64,000 nucleotides of DNA from an uncultured Chloroflexia bacterium (GCA_963700285.1 CAVOXA010000022.1:96001-160000), one strand, 5' to 3'. Positions 1 to 11,249 are shown, counted from the first letter of the stretch. Numbers and translations: made by a program. Notes: generated from the letters alone by a model not told the origin.

Positions 1-82
1 GACCTGCTTCGCCCAACGTTCCGATGGCCGCGAACGGTAGCAGACGTTCATCAATCGTACAACAAAAAGGGGAGCTTCTATC

Positions 83-1732
83 ATGTCTTCATCCCGGCTG
101 CTTGCCGCACTGGTTGTCCTCGTAATTGGCATCGCGCTGACTGGATCCGCCTGGGTTGCTGTGCCGCCTGCAGCGTATGTTCAGGCGCAGGACCTCACGA
201 CCCCAGATCCTCCTCCGCCGAACCAGGGGACTCCCATCGGCATTACAGAGCCGCTGGGACGGTACGTGGAACCCAAAGAGCTGTCCCTGGAGTCCGAGGG
301 GGTTGCTCTGGCTCCCAGCGTGCTGAACGGTGTTGCCCCATCAATGGGAACCAACTTTGATGGTCTTGGCATGGAGGCCTTTAACGGCGGGTATTTAACG
401 AATCCCCCGGACACCCACTCCGCCACAGGTCTGGACCGCATCGTCGAGGTCACCAATGGCCACGTCGCCATCTATGACAAATCTGGAGGGCTCATCGCCG
501 GCGGCGACAAAGGTGCAGGGGCAGTGACCATCAGCGACTTTTGTGGTTCGGCCGGGCCACCGACTGAAGACAAATGCTATGACCCAAAGGTGATCTATGA
601 CCAGGATGCCGATCGTTTCGTGGCAGTGGCCCTGCAAGGCAAAACTGCCGCTACCACCAAGCTGCACGTGATGGTCTCAAGGACCAGTGGCCCGGCAAAT
701 TTCGCCTCGGACTGGGACAAGTTCAACCACAGCGCCAGCGCGAATCTCGGCGGCACGGACGGCTGGTTCGATTATCCCGGCCTGGGCGTCAGCCCGGACG
801 CGGTCGTCGTGACGGGCAACATCTTTCCCGATGGCCCAGGGATTGCCCTGGGCACCAAGTTCCGTGTCTTTGACAAAAGCGAACTCTATGATGGAGATGC
901 CACGGCCACCTACCAGGACATTGACAACCTCCTGGCCGTCGGTGGATTTACCGTCCAGCCGGCCCACCATCTCAGCAGTCCTCCCCCGGGAACGTTTTAC
1001 CTTCTTGAGCGTTGGTTTGGCACCACAACCCTCGGCGTTTTGGCGCTTACGGGAGTGCCCGACTCACCAACGTGGACCGGTAGGCTGGTTACAACGCCCA
1101 ATATGGGGACTTGCGTCCCCGCGGCACCGCAGATGGGCACGTCGAAGGTAATTGATACGGTTTGTCCGCGGATGATGGCCGCTGTGTGGCGGGATGGTTC
1201 CCTATGGGGCACGCTCACCGGGTCCAACGCCGCCAACTCCCGGGCAGTGGTCCAGTGGTTCGAGCTCGAGACCAATGGCCTGCCTGCAGGGACTCCCTCG
1301 CTGCGCCAGCACGGGGCCATAGACGCAGGGCCGGGCGAATTCACCTTCCTGCCCTCCATCTCGGTGGATGCGGCCGGCAATGCCGCAATGACCTATTCCC
1401 AAAGCTCCAGCATCCGCTACCCCGAGATGCGGTACACGGCCCGGGCGGCCGGCGATCCACTGAACACGATGCGGGATCCGGTCGTGGCCAAGACGAGCGT
1501 CGGTTTCCAGGACGACCTCGACCCTGCCTCCGTCCGCGAGCGCTGGGGCGACTATTCCTCGACAGCCGTTGACCCCTTGGATGGCTCGTTCTGGATCAGC
1601 AACGAGTACGTGAAGGTGGCAGCGAGCGGAGGGGGGAACAATGCTCGCTGGGGTACCTGGCACGCGAACTTTTCCTTCAACGCTCCGGCGGCTCCGTCCA
1701 CCGCATACTTGCCCATCATCTCGAACAACTAG
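83..1732 (+). CDS. Secreted/surface protein with signal peptide and Chloroflexi-type C-terminal YLPII motif
   Basis: 549 aa ORF; hydrophobic N-terminus; PPD..., DP+V+YD and RWGDYS motifs of a secreted beta-rich family; ends TAYLPIISNN. Confidence 0.75.
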   Translation: MSSSRLLAALVVLVIGIALTGSAWVAVPPAAYVQAQDLTTPDPPPPNQGTPIGITEPLGRYVEPKELSLESEGVALAPSVLNGVAPSMGTNFDGLGMEAFNGGYLTNPPDTHSATGLDRIVEVTNGHVAIYDKSGGLIAGGDKGAGAVTISDFCGSAGPPTEDKCYDPKVIYDQDADRFVAVALQGKTAATTKLHVMVSRTSGPANFASDWDKFNHSASANLGGTDGWFDYPGLGVSPDAVVVTGNIFPDGPGIALGTKFRVFDKSELYDGDATATYQDIDNLLAVGGFTVQPAHHLSSPPPGTFYLLERWFGTTTLGVLALTGVPDSPTWTGRLVTTPNMGTCVPAAPQMGTSKVIDTVCPRMMAAVWRDGSLWGTLTGSNAANSRAVVQWFELETNGLPAGTPSLRQHGAIDAGPGEFTFLPSISVDAAGNAAMTYSQSSSIRYPEMRYTARAAGDPLNTMRDPVVAKTSVGFQDDLDPASVRERWGDYSSTAVDPLDGSFWISNEYVKVAASGGGNNARWGTWHANFSFNAPAAPSTAYLPIISNN

Positions 1733-1833
1733 AGCTACGACCCCAGCCAGCTTCTGGGGAACGGCGGCTTTGGCTCGAGTGACTGGTCACTGGCAAACCA
1801 CGGGATCGCCCCAGTTGGACTCCCAGTCTTTTT

Positions 1834-2445
1834 CTAATTCGGTTTGTCGCCAAGGCGGCGCTCAGACCCATGCAGGAGGCGTTGGATGTTGGGCCGGTGA
1901 GCATAGACGACAATGAGCCACAGGAGGACCCCGTACAGAACATAAATGAGCGGTAGCGTGCCCATCAGACCCAAGATCAATAGAACGATGGGCACCAGCG
2001 TGGTGACCGTCAGCGAGCCCACCGAGGCATAGCGGGTGATTGCGACAATGAGGAGTAGCAGAACGAGCAGGGCTATCGCGAGCGGCAGGTAGATGGCGCC
2101 AAGCGCGCCCAGCGAAGTGGACACACCCGCCCCACCCTTGAAGCGATTAAAGACCGGGTAACAATGCCCCAGGACCACGGCTCCCCCAGCCAGCACCTGT
2201 ACCAGGGGGCTCATGGTGATCTGTCCAGCCAGCCAGACTGCCAGAAACCCCTTGCCAACGTCCATGGCCAGGGTCAGACCAGCGGGCAGGAATCCGGCTG
2301 CGCGCAGAACATTGGTCGCACCCGTTCGACCACTACCAGATTCAAGTACGTTCGCGCCCCACAGCTTGCCGATCAGAAACCCGATGGGCAAGCTGCCCAA
2401 GAGATAGGCCAGAATTACAGCTAGAAAACCCAATAGCATTTCCAT
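1834..2445 (-). CDS. plsY: Glycerol-3-phosphate acyltransferase PlsY
   Basis: AYLLGSLP, GSGRTGATNVLR, DVGKG, GHCYPVF..FKGGAGV and HRPNIQRLL motifs. Confidence 0.95.
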   Translation of the reverse strand: MEMLLGFLAVILAYLLGSLPIGFLIGKLWGANVLESGSGRTGATNVLRAAGFLPAGLTLAMDVGKGFLAVWLAGQITMSPLVQVLAGGAVVLGHCYPVFNRFKGGAGVSTSLGALGAIYLPLAIALLVLLLLIVAITRYASVGSLTVTTLVPIVLLILGLMGTLPLIYVLYGVLLWLIVVYAHRPNIQRLLHGSERRLGDKPN

Positions 2446-2610
2446 TGTTCTTCCCCCTCCAATCCTGGGTGAAACTCCCGACTGCCCGCCATCCTAAAGA
2501 ACACCCCTGGAAGCATATCGTTCCGATTCCTTCGGTGTCGGGTTCTGTCCCTCGTGCACTGCATCTCGTCCGGCAGTGTCCAAAGATGGCCAAATAATGC
2601 GATTTTGCTG

Positions 2611-2639
2611 TTGACGCGGCGCCCGAAATATGTTATAAT
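2611..2639 (+). promoter_or_regulatory. Sigma70-type promoter with extended -10
   Basis: TTGACG (2611-2616), 17 bp spacer, TG-n-TATAAT (2634-2639). Confidence 0.75.
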
Positions 2640-2831
2640 GGTGGTGCCTTCATTGTAGCTTTCGTGGCCATACCTTTCGATCCTTGCCTCATCGATCGTG
2701 GCCGCTGGTTTTTGGGCGCATCAACAGCAGGATCCCAACGTCGTAATCAAAGGCGCCGGGCTCTGTCTGGGCACAGTATTGTTGCCGTCCCTGGAATGCA
2801 AGCGACGTATTGGGAACTATGGAGGTGAGTT

Positions 2832-3230
2832 ATGAAGACGATTCGACAGGCAACCATCCGCAGGATTAGGTCTCTGCGTTGGGTGGCGAGGTCAATCGGG
2901 CTGTGTGTGGCCGCGCTCTTTGTGTTCTTTATGATCGACTCGGGCGCGCGTCTGATTCCGGCGCTGCCCTGGACCGAGCCCCAGGGGATGCCGTTGTTCC
3001 TCGTACTGCTGGCCGCCGTGGCCGGCTTGCTTCTTGCCTGGCGCTACGAAGCCGTAGGCGGCCTTCTCGCTGTGGCCGGCGCGCTGGTGATCCTGGCCCT
3101 GGTCTTCCTGGGCTCGGGACCCAGCATGCTGCTGGGCGCCCTGTTCTTTACTCTACCGCTGCTGGTGGCCGGCTGCCTGTACCTTGGTTGCTGGCAATCA
3201 GAAGCAGGGCTAGATCAGCAGAACGCATAA
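2832..3230 (+). CDS. Small multi-pass membrane protein
   Basis: 132 aa, four hydrophobic segments, GGAGGTG RBS at 2821. Confidence 0.75.
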   Translation: MKTIRQATIRRIRSLRWVARSIGLCVAALFVFFMIDSGARLIPALPWTEPQGMPLFLVLLAAVAGLLLAWRYEAVGGLLAVAGALVILALVFLGSGPSMLLGALFFTLPLLVAGCLYLGCWQSEAGLDQQNA

Positions 3231-3461
3231 CTGCTTTCTGCAAGACAGGCAGTGGCTGCCCCGGCCCGTGATCCGGTATCAGCGCTTTTGTCGGGCTCGA
3301 TAACTTCCACATCCGTGAGCACCACGGTGGTGTCGTCCAGTACCTCGATGCCATCGCCCCCGCTGTCAATGAGGCCATTTGTGCGACAGGTGCTGGACTG
3401 TGGTCCAGCACAAGCCACTTATCATGTGTGGCTCTAGGCGGACAACAGTCCGCCGGCCGGT

Positions 3462-4997
3462 CTACCGCAGCCGCGGCAGCGCCAGGGCGGAGGGCGTGAC
3501 GGCCAGGCCGCCGAGGGCCGTGCAGCGCAGCTCGCGGGGCAGCATCTGGCCGACGGCGTAGACGGCGTCGATGGTCTCGTCCAGGGGGATGGGATTCACA
3601 TAACCGCCCAGGATCAGGTCGGCGCAGAGAAAGGCGGACGAGGCGGCGACGGCGTTGCGGGTGTGGCAGGGGATCTCGACGATGCCCTGCACCAGGTCGC
3701 AGACGGAGCCCATGGTGTTCTGGAAGGAGATGGCGGCGGCGTCCAGGGCCTGGGCTGCCGTGCCGCCGGCGGCTTCGACGACAGCGGCGGCCGCCATGGC
3801 CCCGGCGGCGCCGATCTCGACCTGGCAGCCGGCGACTTCGGCGGCAAAGGTGGCGCGGGTGCCCAGCACCAGGCCCACGGCCGAGGCGGCCAGCAGGGCC
3901 AGGTTGGTCTGTTCCTGGCCCAAGTCCCACTCTTCAGCCAGCGTCACGACCACAGCGGGGACAACGCCGGCCGCTCCCGCCGTGGGGGCGGCGCAGACCA
4001 CGCCGTGGCCGCCGTTGACGTGCATAACGGCCATGGCGCGCGCGGCAGCGCGCGTGTGGATGCCGCCGGTGGGCAGGCGCCCGGCCGCTTCGGACTGGAA
4101 GATCGAGCGGGCGGTTGGCCGCAGCAGTTGCATGGGCGGCAGGTCTTTGCCCAGGCCGCGCTCTACCGCGGCCCGCATGACCTCGAAACGGCGCTGCATC
4201 TCGTCCAGCACCGCCCCTTCGGGGATGCCCAGGAGCGCCGATTCATAGGCCAGGGCGACCTGGCCCAGGGTGATGCCATCTTTTTCGGCCAGGGCGACCA
4301 TTTCCGCGGCGCTGGACAGCAGGGGCTGGCCGCGTTGGGCAAAAAAGATGGGCGGCGCGGTCCAGAGGCCACGCAGGCCGGGCAGGCGCTCCAGCTCGCC
4401 GCGGGCGGCAGGATCCAGCGCCGCGGCGCGCCGGGCGTGGAGAAAGAGCAGGTCCTCCTTTGCCTGCTCGGCCACCGGTTCCAGGAGATCGCGCGCCGCG
4501 GGCGCGTCGCCGGCCTCCAGCTCAACCAAGACCTCGTGGGCATCCCCGGTCAGGCGCAGGGGCCAGCCGTTGAGCCGGGTGACGACCACGGCCCCACCCC
4601 CGATCGAGTCGGCGACGAGGCGCAGGGACCGCCCGGCCGCGGATTCCGTGCGGATCTCGACGGTATTGGGATGGTCGGCGTGGTGCAGCGGCTGGACCTC
4701 GAAGAGGAGCTTGATGCCCCGGGCGGCGGCCAGGTCGAGGGCATGGTGGAAGCGGTCGTCGGTGATGGTCCAGCCCATCAGGCCGGCGGCAAAGGCCCGG
4801 TCGCTGCCCTGCTGGGCATAGACCTGGGCGTAGGAGCCGTCCGGGTCAAAGGTGAAGGTGGCCGTATCTACGTCGGCGCCCAGCAGCGCGCGGGCCAGCC
4901 GGCCGATGTGGTAGGATGCGGCTGTATGGGAGCTGGATGGCCCGCGCATTACGGGGCCCAGGACGTCGTTAAAGATGCTGATGGCTTTCAAGGGCAT
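3462..4997 (-). CDS. sdaA: Fe-S L-serine dehydratase, fused beta+alpha subunits
   Basis: Starts MPLKAISIFNDVLGPVMRGPSSSHTA; AAPTAGAAG, GCQVEIG, CDLVQGIVEIPC, ELRCTALGGLA motifs. Confidence 0.88.
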   Translation of the reverse strand: MPLKAISIFNDVLGPVMRGPSSSHTAASYHIGRLARALLGADVDTATFTFDPDGSYAQVYAQQGSDRAFAAGLMGWTITDDRFHHALDLAAARGIKLLFEVQPLHHADHPNTVEIRTESAAGRSLRLVADSIGGGAVVVTRLNGWPLRLTGDAHEVLVELEAGDAPAARDLLEPVAEQAKEDLLFLHARRAAALDPAARGELERLPGLRGLWTAPPIFFAQRGQPLLSSAAEMVALAEKDGITLGQVALAYESALLGIPEGAVLDEMQRRFEVMRAAVERGLGKDLPPMQLLRPTARSIFQSEAAGRLPTGGIHTRAAARAMAVMHVNGGHGVVCAAPTAGAAGVVPAVVVTLAEEWDLGQEQTNLALLAASAVGLVLGTRATFAAEVAGCQVEIGAAGAMAAAAVVEAAGGTAAQALDAAAISFQNTMGSVCDLVQGIVEIPCHTRNAVAASSAFLCADLILGGYVNPIPLDETIDAVYAVGQMLPRELRCTALGGLAVTPSALALPRLR

Positions 4998-5038
4998 CGC
5001 TCCTGGATGTTGGTCGGGGTTGTTTCTGGACCGGCAGG

Positions 5039-5702
5039 TCACGGACCTGCCGGGAGCAAGGGATTCGAAAGAGGCATGATGGTGGCCTCGTTGGTCTCGA
5101 CGATCACGGCCTCCAGGGTCCCGTTGGACATCTCCTGGAGCTCGTGCCTGGAAGGGGGCATAGTGCTCGACGGCGAAGCGGGCGGTCACGGTGACCTCAT
5201 CGGTGAAATCCTCGTCCAGGATCTGGCCGTGGTGGGCCTGGACCACCAGGCGCACCTGTTCAAAGAGCGGGTAGGGCGTCGCAAGCATGACCACGTGGGT
5301 GGCTACCTTTTCGGCCAGGGGCAGCACGTCGAGCACGGCGCGCACGGCGTCGCCATAGGCCCGCACCAGCCCTCCCGTGCCCAGCTTGGTGCCGCCAAAG
5401 TAGCGGGTGACGACGACGGCGGCGTCACCCAGCCCGCTGCCGCTGAGCACTGCCAGCGCCGGCCGCCCGGCCGTACCAGAGGGTTCGCCGTCGTCGTGGC
5501 AGTGGGTGACCACGGTCGAACCGTGCCCGACCACAAAGGCCGGCACGTTGTGGGAGGCGTCGGCATACTCTTTTCTGATGCGGGCGACAAAGGCCTTGGC
5601 CTCGTCCACAGAAAAGACGGGTGCCGCGGAGGCGATAAAGCGGGAGTTCAGCACCTGGATCTCGGTGCGCGTCTCCTGGGCTGGGATGGTGTAGCGCTTC
5701 AT
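5039..5702 (-). CDS. yigZ: YigZ/IMPACT family protein (one frameshift near 5145)
   Basis: SRFIA, DASHNVPAF, DDGEPSGTAG, VVTRYFGGTKLGTGGLVRAY; shifted frame ends ...NPLLPAGP-stop at 5039. Confidence 0.88.
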
Positions 5703-5865
5703 GAGGCCGGGTTACGCTCCTGCGGTTGCGCTGATCTGCCTCTCCCAGTGCCTCGACCAGGTGGCGGGGCGTCAGGTACTGGTATCCGGTGATCCTGGAG
5801 ATTTCCACCGGGGTAGGTGCAACCCGGATCGGGACCACACGTCGCGTACGGTCCCGGTCTTTGGC

Positions 5866-6709
5866 CTAGCCGGTGACTCTCAGGGCGCAGTCCTGCCGCT
5901 TCCGCTTGTCGTCCGGATCGTAGGCAATGAGGCGGTAGTTGTAATCGCCCGGTTGCCCGGGGCAGTCCTGGATGCTGCCCGACCGGGGCGCGTTCTCCTG
6001 GACAGCGTGCTCGCCCCGGAAGATGTTGACCCAGGCGGTCTCCCCGCCGCAACGCCAGGAAATGGTCACGCATTCGCCGGCCCGGATCTGTCCCGGGGTG
6101 ACGGTGAACTGCTCGATCACCGCTTTGCCCTTGCCCTGGGCAGGTTGCTGGGGCTGGCCGGTTGGAGGCTTTGGCGGCTGGACCGGCTGGTCCGAGACGA
6201 CGTTGATGACCTGTTCTCCGCGGGCGGTCCCGCCGGGACCCGATGCCTCAATGCGGTACGTCACCCGGCCCGCGCCCTTGGGGCAATCCTGAATCTCGCC
6301 TTCGACAGGCGCTCCGTCCCACAGCACCCTCTGGTTCGCCAGGAGGCGCACGTGGGACACTTGGCCCACTACCTTCCACGTGACCTTCAGGCACTGTCCC
6401 GGCGGGGATCTGGCCCGCGGGGTTCAGGCCAAAGCGCTTGATGTTGGGGACTGCCACGCCAGAGCCCACCTCAATGCGGATGCTGGGTATCTCGTGCGTG
6501 CCATCGGCCTTGATCACACGCAGGTAGTAGGTCGTGCTCTGGGGCGGGCATTCCTGACGCTGTTCGTGCCCGGTCACGCCATGGTCTTTCCAGTTTTGGC
6601 CGTCGTGGAAAAAGTATACTGCCTGAACTCCTTCCACATTCCACTGGAAGGTCACACACCCTCCAGGCTGGATGTTGGTCCGATCGACGCCGAATTGTAT
6701 CTGTGCCAT
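5866..6709 (-). CDS. Hypothetical protein with three tandem Ig-like repeats (frameshift near 6390)
   Basis: Repeated I-x-P/A-G-x-C-V-T-x-x-W ... Q-D/E-C-P ... Y-x-L units across ORFs 6248-6787 and 5866-6369. Confidence 0.6.
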
Positions 6710-6857
6710 AGGGTTCTCCCAAGTCGTCATTACTCCAGGCAAGGCCTGGGGCGGCGCCATTATAGCATAGAATGGGCTGGCGCACATCTTCCCGCAGCGC
6801 CTTGTATCACAGTCTGGGGAAAAGTCAATGCGTATACGACATCATCCTCTCCGGGGC

Positions 6858-8019
6858 TCAGGAGTCCAGGAAGCGGGCGGCGATGAGGGCGTACATCCTG
6901 GGCAATCGCTCCAGCCAGTCGAGATCGACGTACTCGTCCGGCTGGTGAACGTTGCCCCGGGCCGGGCCCAGGTGGAGGCAGGGGATGCCGTGCTCGCCAA
7001 AGACGTTGGCATCGGTGATGCCCGCGCTGTAGGCGTAGGCCGGCTCGACCCCCATCTCTTTGCGGTACACGTCGTGGAAGACCTGGACGATGGGCTCGCT
7101 GCGGTCCACGAGGAAAGGCTCGTAGCGGGGCGGTTTGAGGCGCACGTCAACCTCCGGCGTCCAGCGCCAGGGACGCGACCAGGGATTCCATGTCCGCGAT
7201 GGCTGTGGCCGTCGTTTCGCCCGGTACCAGTAGGCGGTTGATCTCGACGCGGCAGCGGTCGGGAACGACCACGCTGTAGACCTGATAGCCGCCCTCGATC
7301 TTGAGCGTGCAATAGTTGCCACGACCGAACTGGGGATGGTCCAGCATGGGCAGCTCGGCCAGCGAGGCCACGATCTTGGCTGCCTCTTCCACGGCATTGA
7401 TGCCCAGGTGGGGGCGGAAGCCATGGGCGGCGTGGCCCTTGACCGTGACGTCGTACAGGACTTTGCCGGTGATACCCAGGGGCATGGGCATGCCCTCGTC
7501 CGCGGCATAGGGCTCGGCCAGGAGGATGGCGTCGCAGGCGGCTAGGTCGGTGGTCATCATGGCCCGGGCCCCCTTGCTGTATGCCTCCTCGTCGATGACG
7601 GCCGAGAGAGAAAGCTCGCCACGGAAGGGAAAGCCCGACTCGACGTAGGCCTTGAGAGTCGTTATGGCGCAGGCGATGCCGGCTTTCATGTCGTTGGCGC
7701 CGAGGCCAAGCATGCGGCCATCCTGGATCACGGGCACAAAGGGATCGGTCTGCCAGCCCTCGCAGACGGGCACCGTGTCGGTGTGGCCGTTGAGGTTCAG
7801 GCGCTTGCCCGGACCCCGGCCCGGCAAGCGGGCGTAGACGTTGGGCCGGCCCGGTTCCACCTCGTGCAGCTCGCAGTCCACGCCCAGCGCGGCCAGTTCC
7901 GCCAGCAAAAAGCGGGCCAGGTCGCCCTCGTTGCCCACGACAGAGTTGATGCGGATCATGTCCGCCAGCAGGCGGATGGTGTATTCGTTGTCCAGTTTGG
8001 CCAGTAGATCGTCGATCAA
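6858..8019 (-). CDS. M20 metallopeptidase, ArgE/DapE family (frameshift near 7150)
   Basis: NGHTDTVP, GANDMKAG, DEE, GHAAHG, TDAN and HQPDEY motifs; AGGAGG RBS before TTG at 8019. Confidence 0.88.
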
Positions 8020-8115
8020 CGTTGTCCTCCTCAAGAGTGGGAATTTGTGCGCATTATAGCCCAGGAGCCATGCCTTGTCAATGGGGAGCAAGTACAGCCC
8101 AGGGCCGTAGCAGAG

Positions 8116-8246
8116 CTGTCATCGCGAGGGTCAGCGCCTGTCCCGAGCATGTCCAGAGTCCGCGAAGGATCTGCCGAGGGAAAGCGATCTCCACCTTTGG
8201 CCTGGGGATTGCCACGGCGCAAACGGCGCGCCTACCAATGACACAG
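8116..8246. repeat. Palindromic MITE/RPE-like element (GTCATCGCGAG...GCGATCTC...GATTGC...AATGAC)
   Basis: Inverted termini; related copy at 37823-37940. Confidence 0.6.
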
Positions 8247-8469
8247 GGACAGTTGCTATGGGCTCCGCGCGGACCACAGTCCGCGCCTGGCTGACAGGTG
8301 TGCTGGACTGTGGTCCGGCACGAGCAGAGAGGGGCAGAGGCGCCGGTGTCGTTATCAGGTGAGTGGCGCCCCGCACCATGGAACACTCGCAATGACAGAT
8401 CTGGCCAGCAGTGCTTATCCAGGGACATTGCAGTTGTCCTGAGCCCCGCTTGGCGCGGGCGTAGATCTG

Positions 8470-9096
8470 CTACGGGCTCTCTGCCTCCGGCGTAGAGTCG
8501 GCAGGGGCTTCTGACGCGCGCCGCGCCTGGACGCGCATGCGCAGCGCGTCGCCGATCAAGAGTATCCCCACCAGCAGCGCCCAGAGGGTCCCCAACGTAA
8601 AGGCCAGGCTGGTGCGCTCCAGGGGCTCGAGGATCAGCAGCGTCCCCAGAATGATCTCGAACACGCCCAGGGCGGAGGCCAGATGTTTCCTGTGCTGCCA
8701 GGCATCTGTACCGCGCCTGAAGCCTTCTGTAACGTGCAGGATGCCGGTCAGCAGGACGACGGCTCCCAGGGACACGACCACGATGGCCCGGGCTTCACTG
8801 GGCGCCACAAAGCGGCGGCTGATGGCGCCGATGCCGGCCAGGACGCCGATGATGCCGGCCGCCAGGGACAGACCTCTGGATCGCTCGCCCGTGATCCCCC
8901 AGCGGATACTGATGATTCCGTTCATCAGCCAGAAGATGCCCATGAAGGTAACCAACGAGGATTGCGTCTTGTCAGGCTGGAGAAACAGGGCCAGGCCCAG
9001 AAAAACGGCGAATATTCCGCGTACCAGCGTGACCCAGAAGCCGATACTGTGAGTTCCCTGACGCTTTGGCTTTGACTCCGCAGACTCGGTACCCAT
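8470..9096 (-). CDS. HdeD/DUF308 family membrane protein
   Basis: 208 aa, six TM segments, W..LVRGIFAVFLGL..F..P pattern. Confidence 0.75.
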   Translation of the reverse strand: MGTESAESKPKRQGTHSIGFWVTLVRGIFAVFLGLALFLQPDKTQSSLVTFMGIFWLMNGIISIRWGITGERSRGLSLAAGIIGVLAGIGAISRRFVAPSEARAIVVVSLGAVVLLTGILHVTEGFRRGTDAWQHRKHLASALGVFEIILGTLLILEPLERTSLAFTLGTLWALLVGILLIGDALRMRVQARRASEAPADSTPEAESP

Positions 9097-9176
9097 TGGC
9101 GTCTTCTATGGCGCTAAAGCGCCTGCTACGAACCTGGCTCTCTACCCTGAGCCGATCAACAGGTGCTCTGGGCCGG

Positions 9177-10183
9177 TCAGTCGCCCAGGGTGGCGACCAT
9201 GACGGCCTTGATGGTGTGCATCCGGTTTTCGGCCTGGTCAAAGACGATGCAGTGCTCGGACTCGAACACGTCCTCGGTGACCTCCATGCCGTCCATGCCG
9301 AACTTTTGATAGATCTCTTCGCCGACGGAGGTCTCGCGGTTGTGGAAGGCGGGCAGGCAGTGCAGGAACTTGACGCCGGGGTTGCCGGTGCGGCGGATGG
9401 CCTCCATGTTGACCTGGTAGGGCTTGAGCAGCTTGATGCGCTCGTCCCAGACCTCGTCCGGCTCGCCCATGGAGACCCAGACGTCGGTGTAGAAATAGTC
9501 CACGTCCTGGACGGCCTCGGTCACGTCATCGGTGAGGGTCAGCCGGGCGCCGGTTTCCGCCGCGATGGCCTGGCACTGGGCCACCAGTTCACTCTCGGGC
9601 CAGCAGCCCTTTGGGCGCGCAGAGGCGGACGTCCATGCCCAGCTTGCAGCCGCCGACCATGAGCGAGTTGCCCATGTTGTTGCGGGCATCGCCCAGGTAG
9701 CAGTAGGAGATCTCGGCCAGGGGCTTGTCGCTGTGCTCCATCATGGTCAGCACGTCGGCCAGGATCTGGGTGGGGTGGAACTCGTTGGTCAGGCCGTTCC
9801 AGACGGGCACACCGGCGTATTCGGCCAGAGTCTCGACCGTGGACTGGGCAAAACCCCGGTACTCGATGCCGTCGTAGATGCGGCCCAGCACCCGGGCTGT
9901 GTCCTTCATCGACTCTTTGTGGCCGATGTGCGAGCCGCTGGGGCCCAGGTAGGTGACGTGGGCTCCCTGATCGTAGGCGGCGACCTCGAAAGAGACGCGG
10001 GTGCGGGTTGAAGCCTTCTCAAAGATGAGGGCAATGTTTTTGCCCTTGAGCCGCGGCTGTTCGTAGCCGCCATACTTGGCCGCCTTGAGGTCTCGTGATA
10101 GATCCAGCAGGAAGCTGGATCTCCTTGGGGGTAAAGTCCAGCAGCTTGACAAAACTCCGGTGACGCAGATTAAAGGCCATCAT
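9177..10183 (-). CDS. argF: Ornithine carbamoyltransferase (two frameshifts, near 10115 and 9600)
   Basis: [30 protein letters not shown] and [12 protein letters not shown] motifs across three frames. Confidence 0.93.
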
Positions 10184-10382
10184 GGATCTCCTTGCATTTT
10201 TCTTTGTTAGGGATAGACTTGCTGGATTATACCGAGGCTGCGTCGATTTTGCAAATGGGTTGAGCAATGGGAGCGGGAATGACAGGATCGTTATGTATAA
10301 CCTATCGTCCTGGCGCTGACTTGCTGCTGGCTGCCTCTTGGAGTATAATAGTGTCTACGCGGAATGTATGAGAGGGAGGAGC

Positions 10383-11204
10383 ATGGAGACCGGCCTGCCC
10401 AATATCGCCGTGGATGCGGCCATCGCCTTTGTCATCGTCGCGGTCATTGTTCTGCTCATCCTGGCCTGGCCCCGGCGCAAGGAGCGCCGGGTGTTGTCTC
10501 TGGCCCAGGTCCAGGACGGCTTGCACCGGACGGGCATCGTGACCATCGAGGGCAAGGAAGCAGGCATTGGCCTCTCTCTTTACGTCCGCAACCGCAGCAG
10601 CGCCCTGGTACAGCTTCAGAGCGAAGCGGCGACCCTCATCGAGGCCACCGATCCCCAACGGCAGAATCTGATCATCCCGCGCCCGCTATCCTGGGAGGTT
10701 CCAGCCAAGACTACCCAGAAATTGGAGGTGGATGCGCTGTCGCTGGAGGCCCGCAAGCTGCCGCCGGGCCCTCACGGAGAGGGCGGCTACCGGGTGGGAG
10801 GGCTGGAGGAAAACGACGAGATCCTCAGCCTGTTGGGCGCAGTGGGCAGGCTGGAGGCCGAGGTCGCCAGGCATGTACGGCAGGTCGATGGGGATCAGGT
10901 CAGCTACAGGCCCATGGCGGATGACCTGGTCGTCCTGGCCACCTGCTGTAGCTGTGCGGAGCTGGAGGCCGGCGGGTGTCAGGTCCAGGTTTCGGCCGAG
11001 GTGATCGAATACGCGCTGTGGCAGGTCACGGACAAGCTGAGCTTTGATGCCCTGGTCGAACTGGTCGTGCAACCCCCCTCGCCGGAGGGCCGGGCCAAGA
11101 TGATCATTCAGGTACTGGCGGCCAACATCTTGCTGGAGGAGCGGGCCTGGAGCCAACGGCCGAGATCTAGACGGCCAGGTGCGGATGGCCGGAGGAGCGT
11201 GTAA
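10383..11204 (+). CDS. Hypothetical protein with N-terminal membrane anchor
   Basis: GGAGGAG RBS, TATAAT upstream, one TM helix; C-terminus possibly frameshifted. Confidence 0.6.
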   Translation: METGLPNIAVDAAIAFVIVAVIVLLILAWPRRKERRVLSLAQVQDGLHRTGIVTIEGKEAGIGLSLYVRNRSSALVQLQSEAATLIEATDPQRQNLIIPRPLSWEVPAKTTQKLEVDALSLEARKLPPGPHGEGGYRVGGLEENDEILSLLGAVGRLEAEVARHVRQVDGDQVSYRPMADDLVVLATCCSCAELEAGGCQVQVSAEVIEYALWQVTDKLSFDALVELVVQPPSPEGRAKMIIQVLAANILLEERAWSQRPRSRRPGADGRRSV

Positions 11205-11208
11205 TAGT

Positions 11209-11249
11209 CCTTACCTTGGGCGGAAACCCGGGGTGGGGATTTTTGCTTT
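11209..11249 (+). terminator. Rho-independent terminator
   Basis: CCTTACCTTGGG / CCCGGGGTGGGG stem (with G-U pairs) followed by ATTTTTGCTTT. Confidence 0.6.

Noticed and set aside
3462-5702. Apparent 746-aa YigZ-serine dehydratase fusion
   Set aside because: A one-base shift near 5145 restores a normal YigZ C-terminus with a stop at 5039, and the dehydratase has its own AGGAG RBS and ATG at 4997; likely a sequencing indel
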